A stretch of 63,952 bases of DNA, counting the filler. It is 5 parts of 5 records of this genome, joined end to end, with 100 filler letters (N's around TTAATTAATTAA, not from the genome) between each part and the next. Parts side by side here need not be neighbours in the genome. Positions count along the whole stretch, not along the records: positions 1 to 22,296 come from SRR20825006_1959; 4 more parts are not named here. One strand, written 5' to 3'. Position 1 is the first letter of the stretch. Every line of letters begins with the position of its first letter. Shown in pieces: positions 1-10,229 of this stretch. The notes under the pieces were generated by a model. That model made no database searches. It saw nothing but the letters and a program-made list of their open reading frames with translations, and was not told the origin of the DNA. The translations under genes and the position numbers were made by a program.

Positions 1-1
1 A

Positions 2-316
2 CGCTATTCCGGCGGCATGGTGCTGCACCACGTCACCATGGCCTACGATATGGACGCGGCAAAGATGATGCAGGTGCTGCGCATTGGCCGCGAAAAGCTT
101 TCCGACAAGGGAACGGCCAGTGCTGCCAAGCGCGTTGATCCGGTCAGAAGCCAGACCGGTCTGCCGCGCCGCGAGGTCATCGACCGGATGAAGGCAAGTT
201 TCACAGCGTTGAATGGCGGAACGCCCGACACCATAACACCCGGAGAATATGCCGCCGCTGAAAAACTGGCCGCTGAAAAATTTGCAACGACTGAGTGGCT
301 TCACGCCATTCCGTAA
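2..316 (+). CDS. Lipoate-protein ligase A family, C-terminal part (5' truncated by window edge)
   Basis: Frame open from position 2; LHHVTMAYDMD...LRIGREKLSDKG..SA.KRVDP.RSQTGL resembles the LplA/LipM-family C-terminus. Confidence 0.75.
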   Translation, partial: RYSGGMVLHHVTMAYDMDAAKMMQVLRIGREKLSDKGTASAAKRVDPVRSQTGLPRREVIDRMKASFTALNGGTPDTITPGEYAAAEKLAAEKFATTEWLHAIP

Positions 317-535
317 GCCGAAACAAAGCTCAGGTCTGCTGGACAGGAAACCCCATGTCTGCTTAGCTTAAGCCTGATTTCGGGACTTTGAAGGACGATA
401 CATGGTTATCGGGGTCGATGCCTTGCCGCTGTTCGATACTTTTCAGCATTTCAAGACCTGCCGTCTCCATCCCGGATCGCGACACTATGTATTGGAATCG
501 GAAACGTTTACTCCCGAAGCAGGCAGGTCATTTTA

Positions 536-1891
536 ATGGAAGATCCAACCGCTCTGGTTGACCGTCCCGGCAATCGCTACGCCCAGGCCCGATATATTTT
601 TCTGGCCTCCTTGGCTGGTATTCTGACGGGGACCATTGGCTCTTTCTTCCATCTTTTCATCGATCATCTTCTGCTGTGGCCGGAACATCTCGCACGTTAT
701 ATGGACGGCGCCTTTCTGGTCATCGCCGCTGCGCTGGTTACTGGCTGCATAACTGTTCTCACTGTCTTCTTTGTCAAACGCTATGCGCCGGAAGCTGGTG
801 GCAGCGGCGTACAAGAAATCGAAGGCGCGATGCAGGGGCTCAGACAGGTCCGCTGGAAACGTGTCCTGCCGGTAAAATTTTTCACTGGTATCGCGGCTCT
901 TTCATCGGGACTTGTGCTTGGTCGTGAAGGTCCGACGATTCATATCGGCGCCTCCATTGCCGAAGCCACAACCGATTTTTTCAAGGTCAGCGATGTGGAG
1001 CGGCGAGGTATGTTGGGCGCCGGTGCGGCGGCAGGCCTGGCCTGTGCATTCAATGCCCCGCTCGCCGCCATTCTGTTCATCATTGAAGAAACACATAAGC
1101 AGTTTCCTTATACATTTCGCACCTATATGGGCGTCATCTCTGCCGCCCTGCTTTCAACCGTGATGACCGAGGTGATCGGCGGCAAGGCCCCTGATTTTGC
1201 GATGTCCGTTTCCACGCCGGCACTGGTTCTGCTTCCCGCCTTCGTGGCACTCGGCTGCCTGCTCGGAATGATCGGTGTTGCTCTCAATGCCGGGCTGATG
1301 CGCACAACGGCCTTCGCTGCCGATCTGCATAAAAAAGTACCTTACCTGTTTCCCGCCATCATCGGACTGGCCGTTGGGGCACTCTTCATTCTCATGCCAC
1401 TTTCAGTGACCGGTGGCGAGCATATCATCAACATTGTCGGGCATAACCCGCCTGCGCTTTCCATGCTGCTGGTTCTGGCACTCTTAAGGTATTTCACGAT
1501 GGTAGGCAGCTATTCCGCAGGGACGCCGGGCGGCATCTTCGCACCGATGCTGGCGCTGGCTATCTGCACCGGAATGCTGTTCGGTGCACTGCTCGAAACG
1601 GTTCTGCCGAATGCCGGACTTGTGCCGCTTGCCTTCGGCATTGCCGCCATGGGCGGGCTTTTTTCCGCTTCTGTACGTGCACCGGTCGTCGGTGTGGCAC
1701 TGACGCTGGAACTGACCGGTGCCTATACGATGACAATGCCACTGATCGCAACATGCCTGACTGCCAATGTGATGGCGCAGTGGCTGGGGGGCAACCCGAT
1801 CTACGAACAGCTGTTGGAGCGCACACTGAAACAGGCTGGAATAAGCCCGAAGAGCAGCGAGCAAAAATCGGAACATTCCGGGCTGGCATAA
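536..1891 (+). CDS. clcA: H+/Cl- exchange transporter (ClC family)
   Basis: ClC signature motifs GSGVQE, GREGPT, FIIEE, GGIFAP and C-terminal PIY; 451 aa, multi-TM. Confidence 0.92.
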   Translation: MEDPTALVDRPGNRYAQARYIFLASLAGILTGTIGSFFHLFIDHLLLWPEHLARYMDGAFLVIAAALVTGCITVLTVFFVKRYAPEAGGSGVQEIEGAMQGLRQVRWKRVLPVKFFTGIAALSSGLVLGREGPTIHIGASIAEATTDFFKVSDVERRGMLGAGAAAGLACAFNAPLAAILFIIEETHKQFPYTFRTYMGVISAALLSTVMTEVIGGKAPDFAMSVSTPALVLLPAFVALGCLLGMIGVALNAGLMRTTAFAADLHKKVPYLFPAIIGLAVGALFILMPLSVTGGEHIINIVGHNPPALSMLLVLALLRYFTMVGSYSAGTPGGIFAPMLALAICTGMLFGALLETVLPNAGLVPLAFGIAAMGGLFSASVRAPVVGVALTLELTGAYTMTMPLIATCLTANVMAQWLGGNPIYEQLLERTLKQAGISPKSSEQKSEHSGLA

Positions 1892-1912
1892 CCCTGTTAC
1901 CGATTGTCACAC

Positions 1913-3229
1913 TCAGTTCGACCAAGAAACCTTGACGGTATTGCGACCGCTTGACTTCGCCTGATAAAGCGCCTGATCAGCAAGGCTCAACACCTTCGGA
2001 TCGATATCATCGGCGCCATAGACAGCAACGCCGATACTGACGGTCATCTCATGCCGCTCGCCGGTCGGCAGAATAACCCCCTTCTCACAGACGGCCTTGC
2101 GGACCCGGTCCGCAGCGGAAAAGGCTGCTCCCTGCCCCACATCCGGCAGCAACATGGCAAATTCCTCACCGCCGTAGCGGAAAAGAACATCATCCTGACG
2201 CGCAACCTCTTTGATGGCTTCGGCTATCTGGCGCAGCGCTTCATCCCCGGCGACATGACCATACTCGTCGTTGAAGTCCTTGAAATGATCGACATCCAGC
2301 ATCAAAAGCGCGAAAACCTGGCCATCTTCATTGCTGTCATGTGTGCGTTCGGTCAGAAGGCGATCAAACTCACGCCGGTTCAAAAGTCCGGTCAGACTAT
2401 CCGTTCGCGCGGCTGTTGCCAGAGCATTCTCCTGCTGAATGATCTGCTTTGTCATGATGTTGAAGGCATTGGCAACGGATGCAAGTTCAGGCGGCACCTG
2501 CACGTCAATATCCCGGTCGCGATCACCCGCTGCAATACGCAGGGCACCATCCACCAGCTTGTCTGTGCTGTTGATCAGCGCCCTGTCGATGATATAGATG
2601 CCGGCGGCGGCGAAGAGCATCGCCAGCACTCCGCCGATCGCAGCTATCATTTCCAGCCGGTTCAGCGCCTTCAACGCCTCGGCATGGCTGTGTTCGCTAT
2701 CGACACGCACGGTTTCGGAAATATCGCCGAGCCGCTTCGCCGTTTCGGCGATCACATCCTCAAAACGGTGTAGCGCTGGATCGGCAGTGGCCGGATCCCC
2801 TGCCTTTATAGCCGCAGCCGTTTCAAGCAATTGCGACCATTGCTGCTGAACTCCGACCAGGATCGGGTGAAAATGATCGTGCTCATCAACAGCTTCCGTC
2901 AGTTCTTTCAACTGCACTGCAACATCGCGCTCGGTTGCCTCAAAGGCACGACGATAGCTTTCATCCCCTTCTTCCGCAAAATCATTGACCGCAGCCGAAA
3001 TGTCCCAAAGCTCGTTGTGGATGCGCTCCAGAGGAACAAGAATACGATGCTGCGCATTCACCACATCACGGAAGGGTTTGGATATCTGGTTGTGAAATGT
3101 GACGTAGCCCAACACAGCAACAACGGCCAAGGGCAACAGAGCCGCAGCCATACCGATGGCCAGCCAGACTCGCAGCGACAGGCTGCGGAACCACCGCGTC
3201 AGTGCCGTCATATCACCAGTCTGTTCCAT
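1913..3229 (-). CDS. Membrane diguanylate cyclase (periplasmic sensor-HAMP-GGDEF)
   Basis: Two TM segments, HAMP-like linker, DSLTGLLNRR, DVDHFK, RYGGEEF. Confidence 0.92.
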   Translation of the reverse strand: MEQTGDMTALTRWFRSLSLRVWLAIGMAAALLPLAVVAVLGYVTFHNQISKPFRDVVNAQHRILVPLERIHNELWDISAAVNDFAEEGDESYRRAFEATERDVAVQLKELTEAVDEHDHFHPILVGVQQQWSQLLETAAAIKAGDPATADPALHRFEDVIAETAKRLGDISETVRVDSEHSHAEALKALNRLEMIAAIGGVLAMLFAAAGIYIIDRALINSTDKLVDGALRIAAGDRDRDIDVQVPPELASVANAFNIMTKQIIQQENALATAARTDSLTGLLNRREFDRLLTERTHDSNEDGQVFALLMLDVDHFKDFNDEYGHVAGDEALRQIAEAIKEVARQDDVLFRYGGEEFAMLLPDVGQGAAFSAADRVRKAVCEKGVILPTGERHEMTVSIGVAVYGADDIDPKVLSLADQALYQAKSSGRNTVKVSWSN

Positions 3230-3564
3230 CTGACCCGCCTTCTTTTATGCGCCACGCTATTCGGCTGCGGTAACGCTTATTATTGGGGAAGCATAATAGC
3301 GAAAATACGCGTAGATCGACCGAAAATAGTAAAGATACTGGCAACTTACGAAGAATCGCTCCTCCGCATCGTCCTGTAATATTATCTCGGAGCATCTAGG
3401 GTATACGAAATCAGCAAACACCAATCATGTCCACATCCCGTAGCGCGCAACGACACCGCTTAAACGCGCGTTGCGCGCAACTACAACCGCAGGCCGGGCC
3501 TGACCGAGGTGGGAAGTGAAGCGTGAGTAAAGAATAGCGTCTTCAAAAACCGGTAAAGAATGCA

Positions 3565-3588
3565 TCCGGGTGGTTCGCCCCACCCGGA
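3565..3588 (-). terminator. Putative terminator hairpin downstream of the PCuAC gene
   Basis: TCCGGGTGG-N6-CCACCCGGA stem just after the stop at 3605; weak U-tract. Confidence 0.4.
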
Positions 3589-3604
3589 AACCCGTCTTCG
3601 GTAC

Positions 3605-4243
3605 CTATTGTGACGGCATGTCCATGCCGCCGTTATCATGCTCTGCGCCATGCATGTCCTGGTCATCATCCGTCTGCCCTCTGGCAGCGAAACTTTTGAC
3701 ATGAAACGGCACATCAACGGTACCGGCGTCTTCAAACGTCAACTCGACATTGACAACTGAACCTTCTTCCAGCGGACCGCTGAGCTTCATGAACATGATA
3801 TGCATCCCGCCAGGTTCAAGCATGACCGTTGAGTGTGCAGGCACCGGGATGCCGTCGGGCATCTGATACATCTTCATCACATCGCCATCCATGCGCATAT
3901 TGTGAAGCTGCATGACACCGGCAGCATCGGATCTGACAGACACCAGCCGGTCATCCTTGTCCGAATTGTTGGTGATCGTCACAAAGCCGCCCCCAACTGG
4001 AGCGCCCGGCAGTGTCGCCCGCGCGAAGGCACCGCTGATTTCGAGTTCCTTGAACTCGACATGCGAAGCCGGTGAAGCGTCTTCAGACGTTTTCATTGAC
4101 GCCGCGAGGATCATCATCGGCGCAGTCTTTGTTCCACCGTAGATCAGTTTTCCATGCTCAATAGCCGTTCCGGCATTGGCCGGAATAACAAAAGCGAGCG
4201 TAGCCAGACCCGCAAGGCTAATACGTTTTACGAATGAATTCAT
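3605..4243 (-). CDS. Periplasmic copper chaperone PCu(A)C (DUF461)
   Basis: Signal peptide from ATG 4243; H-x-M..(G.MKM)..PGGMHIMF copper motif; Met/His-rich tail. Confidence 0.9.
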   Translation of the reverse strand: MNSFVKRISLAGLATLAFVIPANAGTAIEHGKLIYGGTKTAPMMILAASMKTSEDASPASHVEFKELEISGAFARATLPGAPVGGGFVTITNNSDKDDRLVSVRSDAAGVMQLHNMRMDGDVMKMYQMPDGIPVPAHSTVMLEPGGMHIMFMKLSGPLEEGSVVNVELTFEDAGTVDVPFHVKSFAARGQTDDDQDMHGAEHDNGGMDMPSQ

Positions 4244-4308
4244 TGTGAATACTCCGTTTGAGATTGTCCTGATTGACGAAAAAAGGCACAAGGCCCTTTC
4301 TTCAAAGC

Positions 4309-4710
4309 TCAAACAGCAAGGGGCGGAGCGCGGGGATTATAATGTCCGCGAAAGACGGATTGCGGCGGCGCTTCATTCTTCAGCACAAAGACCAAAGCGA
4401 CAAAACCGTCATAAGCCGCAACAGCCTCTGCTGGCGGCGGTGGCAGCAGCACCGTTTTCTGGCGGCAGGCATGGCAGGAACCGTGGCTGGTCTGATCATC
4501 ATGGAACCCGCCGCCAACGCACAAAGAGTGCGGGACAGGAGAAAACGCAGCCTGCTGATAGGACGCAGCAGCAAAGGCTGGCGGAAGCGGCTGATAGAGA
4601 AACACCAGCGCGAACACCGCCACCATGGCCAGCGCAGCAGCAAACTCGTGCAAAACCGCTCTGAGTGCTTTCGGGTTCAAGCAGCAGACCTCGACAGAAT
4701 TTTCACGCAA
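4309..4710 (-). CDS. DUF2946/CruR-like leader protein with CxxC and C-terminal RAPP motif (start uncertain)
   Basis: Hydrophobic N-terminal segment, SCHAC, Pro-rich linker, ends NPRAPPLAV; directly upstream of a copper chaperone gene. Confidence 0.75.
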   Translation of the reverse strand: MRENSVEVCCLNPKALRAVLHEFAAALAMVAVFALVFLYQPLPPAFAAASYQQAAFSPVPHSLCVGGGFHDDQTSHGSCHACRQKTVLLPPPPAEAVAAYDGFVALVFVLKNEAPPQSVFRGHYNPRAPPLAV

Positions 4711-4880
4711 CCGCCGTTTCAGCTAACAATTATTGATAAAGCACAAGCTTTGCCAGAAAGCTCATTGCGGTGCAAGAAAACTCCGCACGATCACCCGAAG
4801 CGGGCTGTTATGACGCAGTGCGACAAAAAGATGAATAGCCTCTTGCAACGCTGTAAAGCCGGTGCTAGCGTCCGGCACAT

Positions 4881-4972
4881 TCACAGGGGGGCTCCGTATT
4901 GCCGGGGCTGAGATTGGAGGTGCGAAACCTTCTGACCCTATAGCTGATCTGGGTAATGCCAGCGGAGCGAGG
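4881..4972 (+). ncRNA. TPP (thi-box) riboswitch
   Basis: Conserved elements AGGGG...GCTGAGA...GACCC...CTGATCTGGGTAATGCCAGCG; immediately upstream of thiamine-salvage genes. Confidence 0.93.
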
Positions 4973-4978
4973 TCAAAC

Positions 4979-5590
4979 ATGTTTTCCGGCGCACAAGTTT
5001 CTCTTTATCCAATGACCGACAATTTTGTCGATGTCATTGTCGATGCGGTCAAGGCGATGGAGCCTTTCGCGCACGAACTCAGGATAGAGACAGACGACGT
5101 TTCCACGCTGATGGTCGGTCCACATGATGCGCTTTTTAAGGCCATGCGGACATTGTTCGAAAGTGCTGCAAAAACCGGCCATCACGCTGTTCTCCACGCA
5201 ACGGTTTCGCGCGGATGCCCCGGCGAGCCGGATGATCCGATCTGCGCCGGACCGCTGGATGCCGGAACCTTTGGACCGCTAACCGAACGCCAGGAACAAG
5301 CCGCCGCTGCGGTTTCTCAGACAGGTGTTTCAGGCCTGCGTGCAGACGGGCAGTTTTCACTTTATGTGCCGGGCGCCTCAATCCACATGGATGAGGTTTA
5401 TGGCTGCATCGATTTTCTGAAACAGGCTGGCGTCTTCGCAAAATCGAAGAATTTCTGCACCAAGCTCTCCGGTGACAGCGCCGCCGTTTTTGAGGTCCTG
5501 CATCAGGCTTTCATCCGTTTCGGCACACCAGCAGGCCATGTTGCACTCGACATCACGATTTCGGCCAACAGCCCCAGCCTTAAAATCTAG
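4979..5590 (+). CDS. YkoF-family thiamine/HMP-binding protein
   Basis: Starts MFSGAQVSLYPM; duplicated ferredoxin-like halves; ends ISANSPS; follows TPP riboswitch. Confidence 0.85.
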   Translation: MFSGAQVSLYPMTDNFVDVIVDAVKAMEPFAHELRIETDDVSTLMVGPHDALFKAMRTLFESAAKTGHHAVLHATVSRGCPGEPDDPICAGPLDAGTFGPLTERQEQAAAAVSQTGVSGLRADGQFSLYVPGASIHMDEVYGCIDFLKQAGVFAKSKNFCTKLSGDSAAVFEVLHQAFIRFGTPAGHVALDITISANSPSLKI

Positions 5591-5608
5591 TCCGCGGCGG
5601 AGAACCCC

Positions 5609-6403
5609 ATGCCTATGCCTTTTCCGGGCGGACGCCACCTTTTGTGGTTCCGCAAGATTTCACGCGCCCTTCCCGCGATATTTGCAGTGATCGCATTGCT
5701 GGCAATCTGGGAGCTTTATGCACGCCTTTCCGGCATTCGCCCGACCACGCTACCCGCTCCGTCGCGCATTGCCGTTCAGGCTTGGATCAATCGCCAGGCA
5801 CTTGTCGACAACACAATCCCGACCGTCAAGGCTACGCTCTGCGGCTTCGCACTTTCGCTGGCGGCAGCGTTTGTCCTTTCGGTCATACTCGATTTCTCAA
5901 AACTCTTTCGGCAGGCGCTGATGCCGCTTTTCATCATAAGCCAGACCCTGCCGCTGGTTGCAATCGCGCCGCTGGTAGTGCTGTGGTTCGGCTTCGGGCT
6001 GATGCCGAAGATTCTGCTCGTGGCGCTTGTGACTTTTTTTCCCATGCTGGTGGCGTGGCTGAGAGGCTATGGCGCCAGCGAACAGGAAATCGAAGACCTG
6101 CTTTATTCCATGGGCTCCAGCCGTCCGGGCGTGTTTTTTCGAGCCAGACTGCCTGCTGCCCTTCCATACTTTTTCGCCGGTTTCCGGATTTCGATCACCT
6201 ATGCCGTCGTCGGCGCAATCTTTGCGGAATATGCAGGGGCGGCACGTGGCCTCGGAATTTATATCCTGAACGCCAAGAACTCCTTCCGTCCCGATCTGGT
6301 ACTCGCCGCCGTTTTCATCTCGGCAGCACTGACACTGACGCTTTTCGGGCTGACGGTTCTGGTCGAACGGCTGTTCATCCGCTGGAGATCTGTAAATGAC
6401 TGA
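5609..6403 (+). CDS. ABC transporter permease (ThiX/SsuC-like)
   Basis: LPAPS, QTLP.VAIAPL, EAA-like loop, GAIFAEY; operon context. Confidence 0.9.
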   Translation: MPMPFPGGRHLLWFRKISRALPAIFAVIALLAIWELYARLSGIRPTTLPAPSRIAVQAWINRQALVDNTIPTVKATLCGFALSLAAAFVLSVILDFSKLFRQALMPLFIISQTLPLVAIAPLVVLWFGFGLMPKILLVALVTFFPMLVAWLRGYGASEQEIEDLLYSMGSSRPGVFFRARLPAALPYFFAGFRISITYAVVGAIFAEYAGAARGLGIYILNAKNSFRPDLVLAAVFISAALTLTLFGLTVLVERLFIRWRSVND

Positions 6404-7256
6404 TCCGTTGCTTTCCATATCAGATGTTTCAAAGGATTTTCGCGGGCTTCCGGTTCTCGACGGGCTTTCGCTTGATGTTGCCCCACAGACCTTTGTCAGC
6501 GTTTTAGGCCCATCCGGTGCCGGAAAATCGACCCTTTTCAAGATTTTGACCGGCGCCGAGAAAGCGGTGAGCGGCACGATAACATTCGGTGGCGTGCCGC
6601 TCACTTTTCCCAACACGCATTTCGCCTTCATGCCGCAACGCGACGCACTGATGCCCTGGCGGCGGCTGATCGACAACGTGACGCTGGGGCTTGAAGTACA
6701 GGGCATGAAACGCCGAAATGCCCGTGAGGTGGTGGCACCGCTGTTTGAGCCCTTTGGACTGAAGGGCTTCGAGCGACATTATCCGCAGGCGCTTTCGGGC
6801 GGAATGCGCCAGCGTGCAGCTCTTATGCGAACCGTGGTGCAGCAACGCGACATGCTGCTACTGGATGAACCCTTTGGCGCTCTGGATGCACTGACACGCA
6901 CATCCATGCAGCGGTTTCTTGAAGCCCGGTGGGAGCAGGAGCGCTGGACGGCCCTTCTGATCACCCATGATGTGCGTGAGGCGGTTTTTCTTTCAGACCG
7001 GATTTATGTGCTTTCACCACGGCCCGCTCGCGTGCTGCACACCTTTGACGTGCCATTGCCGCGCCCACGCAGGCTGGCAGACCTTGCCAGCGCCGAGGCA
7101 CGCGCAATCGAAACCGAAATTCTCCAGACTCTTCTTGTCAACGATCATGACGAAAAGGAATGCTCTCATGAAACGACCTCTGCACACCCTGATGACGGCA
7201 GCAGCAATGCTGACGATGGCGGCGACATTCGCATCCGGCGCGTATGCAACGGATGA
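6396..7256 (+). CDS. ABC transporter ATP-binding protein (ThiZ/SsuB-like)
   Basis: Walker A GPSGAGKST, LSGGMRQR, LLLDEPFGALD, ITHD. Confidence 0.92.
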   Translation: MTDPLLSISDVSKDFRGLPVLDGLSLDVAPQTFVSVLGPSGAGKSTLFKILTGAEKAVSGTITFGGVPLTFPNTHFAFMPQRDALMPWRRLIDNVTLGLEVQGMKRRNAREVVAPLFEPFGLKGFERHYPQALSGGMRQRAALMRTVVQQRDMLLLDEPFGALDALTRTSMQRFLEARWEQERWTALLITHDVREAVFLSDRIYVLSPRPARVLHTFDVPLPRPRRLADLASAEARAIETEILQTLLVNDHDEKECSHETTSAHPDDGSSNADDGGDIRIRRVCNG

Positions 7257-8175
7257 CGTAACCGTCGCACTCGACTGGACGCCTAATACCAACCATGTGG
7301 GACTTTACGTCGCCGATGCCGAAGGTTTTTATGAAAAGGCCGGTCTCTCCGTGGACATTCTGCCCTATTCCGATACCGCTTCGGGGACGCTGGTTTCCAA
7401 CGGCATTGCAGATTTCGGCATTGCCGGCCCTATAGCGGTGATCACCCAGCGCACCGCCGGTGCGGATATCAAGGCTGTTTACGCCGTTGTTCAACACGAG
7501 ACCGGGCGGCTGGTTTTCAACGCCGAGCGCGACGACATTCAGTCACCGAAGGATCTCGATGGCGAGGTTTTTGCCGGGTTCGGCGGCATCTGGAACAGGA
7601 TCGTCCGCGACATGATCATCAATGACGGCGGTACTGGTGATTTCGAAACCGTAACGCTTGGCACGTCGGCCTATGAAGCGCTTGCCAACGGTCAGGTCGA
7701 TTTCACGCTCGATATTGCGACTTGGGAAGGCGTAAATGCCGCGCTTGAAGGCCAAGATCAGCGTGCCTTTCTCTATTCCGATTACGGCGTGCCCGAACAG
7801 CAGACAACGATGATCATTTCCTCTGATGCATATCTCGGTGCGCATCCGAAACAGGCCCGAGCCTTCCTCGCCGCAACGCTTGCAGGTTACCGCTGGGCTG
7901 CGGAAAACCCCGATAAAGCCGCCGAGATTTTGATGGAGGCCAACCCCTCGGTCCTCACCAACGCAGCACTTGTCCATGGTTCGATGGAAGCGCTGGTGGA
8001 TGGCCACTATCTCGTCGCTGAGGATGGCACAATCGGCACGATCAATCCGGAGCGTTTCAATGCTTTTGGCGCTTATCTGGCTAAAGCCGGGGTGCTGCAG
8101 GATGAAAACGGAACAACAATCACCAAGGCACCGGACTTCTCCCCCTACTTCACCAATGACTACCTGCCGCAATAA
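7168..8175 (+). CDS. ABC substrate-binding protein, NMT1/THI5 (ThiY-like)
   Basis: Signal peptide from ATG 7168; ALDWTPNTNHVGLYVA motif. Confidence 0.9.
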   Translation: MKRPLHTLMTAAAMLTMAATFASGAYATDDVTVALDWTPNTNHVGLYVADAEGFYEKAGLSVDILPYSDTASGTLVSNGIADFGIAGPIAVITQRTAGADIKAVYAVVQHETGRLVFNAERDDIQSPKDLDGEVFAGFGGIWNRIVRDMIINDGGTGDFETVTLGTSAYEALANGQVDFTLDIATWEGVNAALEGQDQRAFLYSDYGVPEQQTTMIISSDAYLGAHPKQARAFLAATLAGYRWAAENPDKAAEILMEANPSVLTNAALVHGSMEALVDGHYLVAEDGTIGTINPERFNAFGAYLAKAGVLQDENGTTITKAPDFSPYFTNDYLPQ

Positions 8176-8186
8176 GGGAGCCGACC

Positions 8187-8888
8187 ATGCACGGAACACC
8201 TGACCATACAGCAACCACGACAACTTCCTTTTCAGAAGAAGCCTGGACGGTGATAGCCCCGATCCGTCAGGCGATTGAAGATCTTCCCCTACTGCGCGAG
8301 CTGGCCGATGGCTCGCTGAAGAAAGATATATTCCTGCATTATATTCAGCAGGATGCGCTTTATCTGAAGGAATATGCAAGGGCGCTGGCCATCGTGGCAT
8401 CGAAAGCACCGGACAGCGAACAGATGCTGCGCTTTCTGACCTCATCGCAACGCGCACTGCAGGTCGAACAGGGGCTGCATTCCGATTTTCTGAAGACCTT
8501 TGGACTTGCGTTCAGTGATCTCGAAAACGCCACGGCCTCGCCTAGCGGTTTCGCTTATGTAAATTTCATCATGTCCGTAGTGCAGTCCTCATCCTATGCA
8601 GTCGGGCTTTCGGCAATCCTTCCCTGTTTCTGGATCTACTACGATGTCGGCGAACGGATGAAGACATTGCCGAAAGTCGATGGCAATCCATACCAAGCCT
8701 GGATCGACACGTATGGTGATGTCGATTTCGCAGATGGTGCACGCGCCGTCATCCGGCTTACAGATATAGCCGCGGCGAAAGCATCACCGGACGAACGGCA
8801 AAGAATGCTCGACGTTTTCACACGTGCATCACAGTATGAGTGGCTGTTCTGGCAAACGGCATCAGAGCTTGAAAGTTGGCGTGTCTGA
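8187..8888 (+). CDS. tenA: Thiaminase II / aminopyrimidine aminohydrolase
   Basis: YIQQDALYL, catalytic LPCFWIY, Y..WIDTY, E..FW. Confidence 0.9.
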   Translation: MHGTPDHTATTTTSFSEEAWTVIAPIRQAIEDLPLLRELADGSLKKDIFLHYIQQDALYLKEYARALAIVASKAPDSEQMLRFLTSSQRALQVEQGLHSDFLKTFGLAFSDLENATASPSGFAYVNFIMSVVQSSSYAVGLSAILPCFWIYYDVGERMKTLPKVDGNPYQAWIDTYGDVDFADGARAVIRLTDIAAAKASPDERQRMLDVFTRASQYEWLFWQTASELESWRV

Positions 8889-9045
8889 CATGATGCAGGA
8901 AAAATGCGAAGCGGCATGACAACAGCGTTCGCCCGAATGATTTTGCATAAATGGCAGTCATGTTCTAACCCTCTTCACAAAAGCCGTTTATCCATGACCT
9001 GACAATCCGCTTCGGATTGAGGATCGTTCGCTTGAGAGACCTGTC

Positions 9046-10212
9046 ATGAATATTGCCGTTGCAGGGGTTGGTTATGTTGGATTGTCCAATGCCATATTGC
9101 TTGCCCAGAATCACCACGTCGTCGCCGTCGACCTGAATGCAGAACGCATTGCCATGGTCAACGCCGGGAAAAGCCCGATTGTGGACGCAGAAATCGAAGA
9201 TTATCTGGTAAACAAAAGGCTCGATCTGACAGCGACAACCGATCCTGCAAAGGCCTTTGAACGCGCGGATTTTGTTATCGTTGCAACGCCAACGAACTAC
9301 AACACGGAAACCAACTACTTCGATACATCATCCGTCGAGTCGGTGATCGCCGAGGTAAGAGATATCAACAAAGCCGCGACCATCGTGATCAAATCGACAA
9401 TCCCGGTGGGTTTCGTCGAACGAATCCGTGAAACATACGAGACTGATCAGATCATCTTCTCTCCGGAGTTCTTGCGCGAAGGGCGTGCGCTTTATGACAA
9501 TTTATATCCCTCGCGCATTATCGTCGGCGACCGGTCAGATCGCGCGCGGGCGTTTGCCGATCTCCTGATTGAAGGCGCAATCGCCAAGGATGTGCCGGTT
9601 CTCTTTACCAATCCGTCCGAGGCTGAAGCGATCAAGCTTTTTGCCAATACCTATCTTGCCATGCGTGTCGCCTATTTCAACGAACTCGACAGTTACGCCA
9701 TGGCGCATGGAATGGACAGCCGGCAGATCATCGACGGGATCGGGCTCGATCCCAGGATTGGCAACCACTATAATAACCCGTCCTTCGGTTACGGCGGATA
9801 TTGCCTGCCGAAAGATACGCGGCAGCTTCTGGCGAACTATTCCAACGTGCCGCAGAACCTCATCCGGGCAATCGTTGATGCCAATACCACGCGCAAGGAT
9901 TTCATCGCCGAACGGATCATCGCAAAGCAACCGGACACCGTTGGTATTTACCGACTTGTGATGAAAACCGGCTCAGACAATTTCCGCGATTCCTCTGTTC
10001 AGGGCATCATGAAGCGGATCAAGGCCAAAGGTATCCGGGTTATTGTTTTCGAGCCGGTCCTGACGGAACCGGAGTTTTTTCGCTCGCCGGTTATCAATGA
10101 TCTGGAAGCTTTCAAACGTGAGGCCGATGTGATCGTCGCCAACAGGATCACCGACGAAATCAGCGACGTCACGGACAAGGTCTTTACCCGCGACCTTTTC
10201 GGGTCCGACTGA
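9046..10212 (+). CDS. ugd: UDP-glucose 6-dehydrogenase
   Basis: GVGYVG Rossmann motif, [19 protein letters not shown], ends TRDLFGSD. Confidence 0.95.
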   Translation: MNIAVAGVGYVGLSNAILLAQNHHVVAVDLNAERIAMVNAGKSPIVDAEIEDYLVNKRLDLTATTDPAKAFERADFVIVATPTNYNTETNYFDTSSVESVIAEVRDINKAATIVIKSTIPVGFVERIRETYETDQIIFSPEFLREGRALYDNLYPSRIIVGDRSDRARAFADLLIEGAIAKDVPVLFTNPSEAEAIKLFANTYLAMRVAYFNELDSYAMAHGMDSRQIIDGIGLDPRIGNHYNNPSFGYGGYCLPKDTRQLLANYSNVPQNLIRAIVDANTTRKDFIAERIIAKQPDTVGIYRLVMKTGSDNFRDSSVQGIMKRIKAKGIRVIVFEPVLTEPEFFRSPVINDLEAFKREADVIVANRITDEISDVTDKVFTRDLFGSD

Positions 10213-10229
10213 GAAAAATCACCTGATTT

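Noticed and set aside
317-1891. Possible fluoride exporter (CLC-F) with fluoride riboswitch
   Set aside because: Selectivity motif is GSGVQE (chloride type), not GNNLI/GMGLI, and no fluoride-riboswitch consensus is visible upstream
4862-4978. N-terminal extension of the YkoF ORF in the ORF track
   Set aside because: This region is the TPP riboswitch; the real start is ATG 4979
7168-7256. 89-nt overlap between ABC ATPase and SBP genes suggesting a frameshift
   Set aside because: Both proteins are complete; the ATPase tail is a low-complexity run-on into the SBP signal sequence
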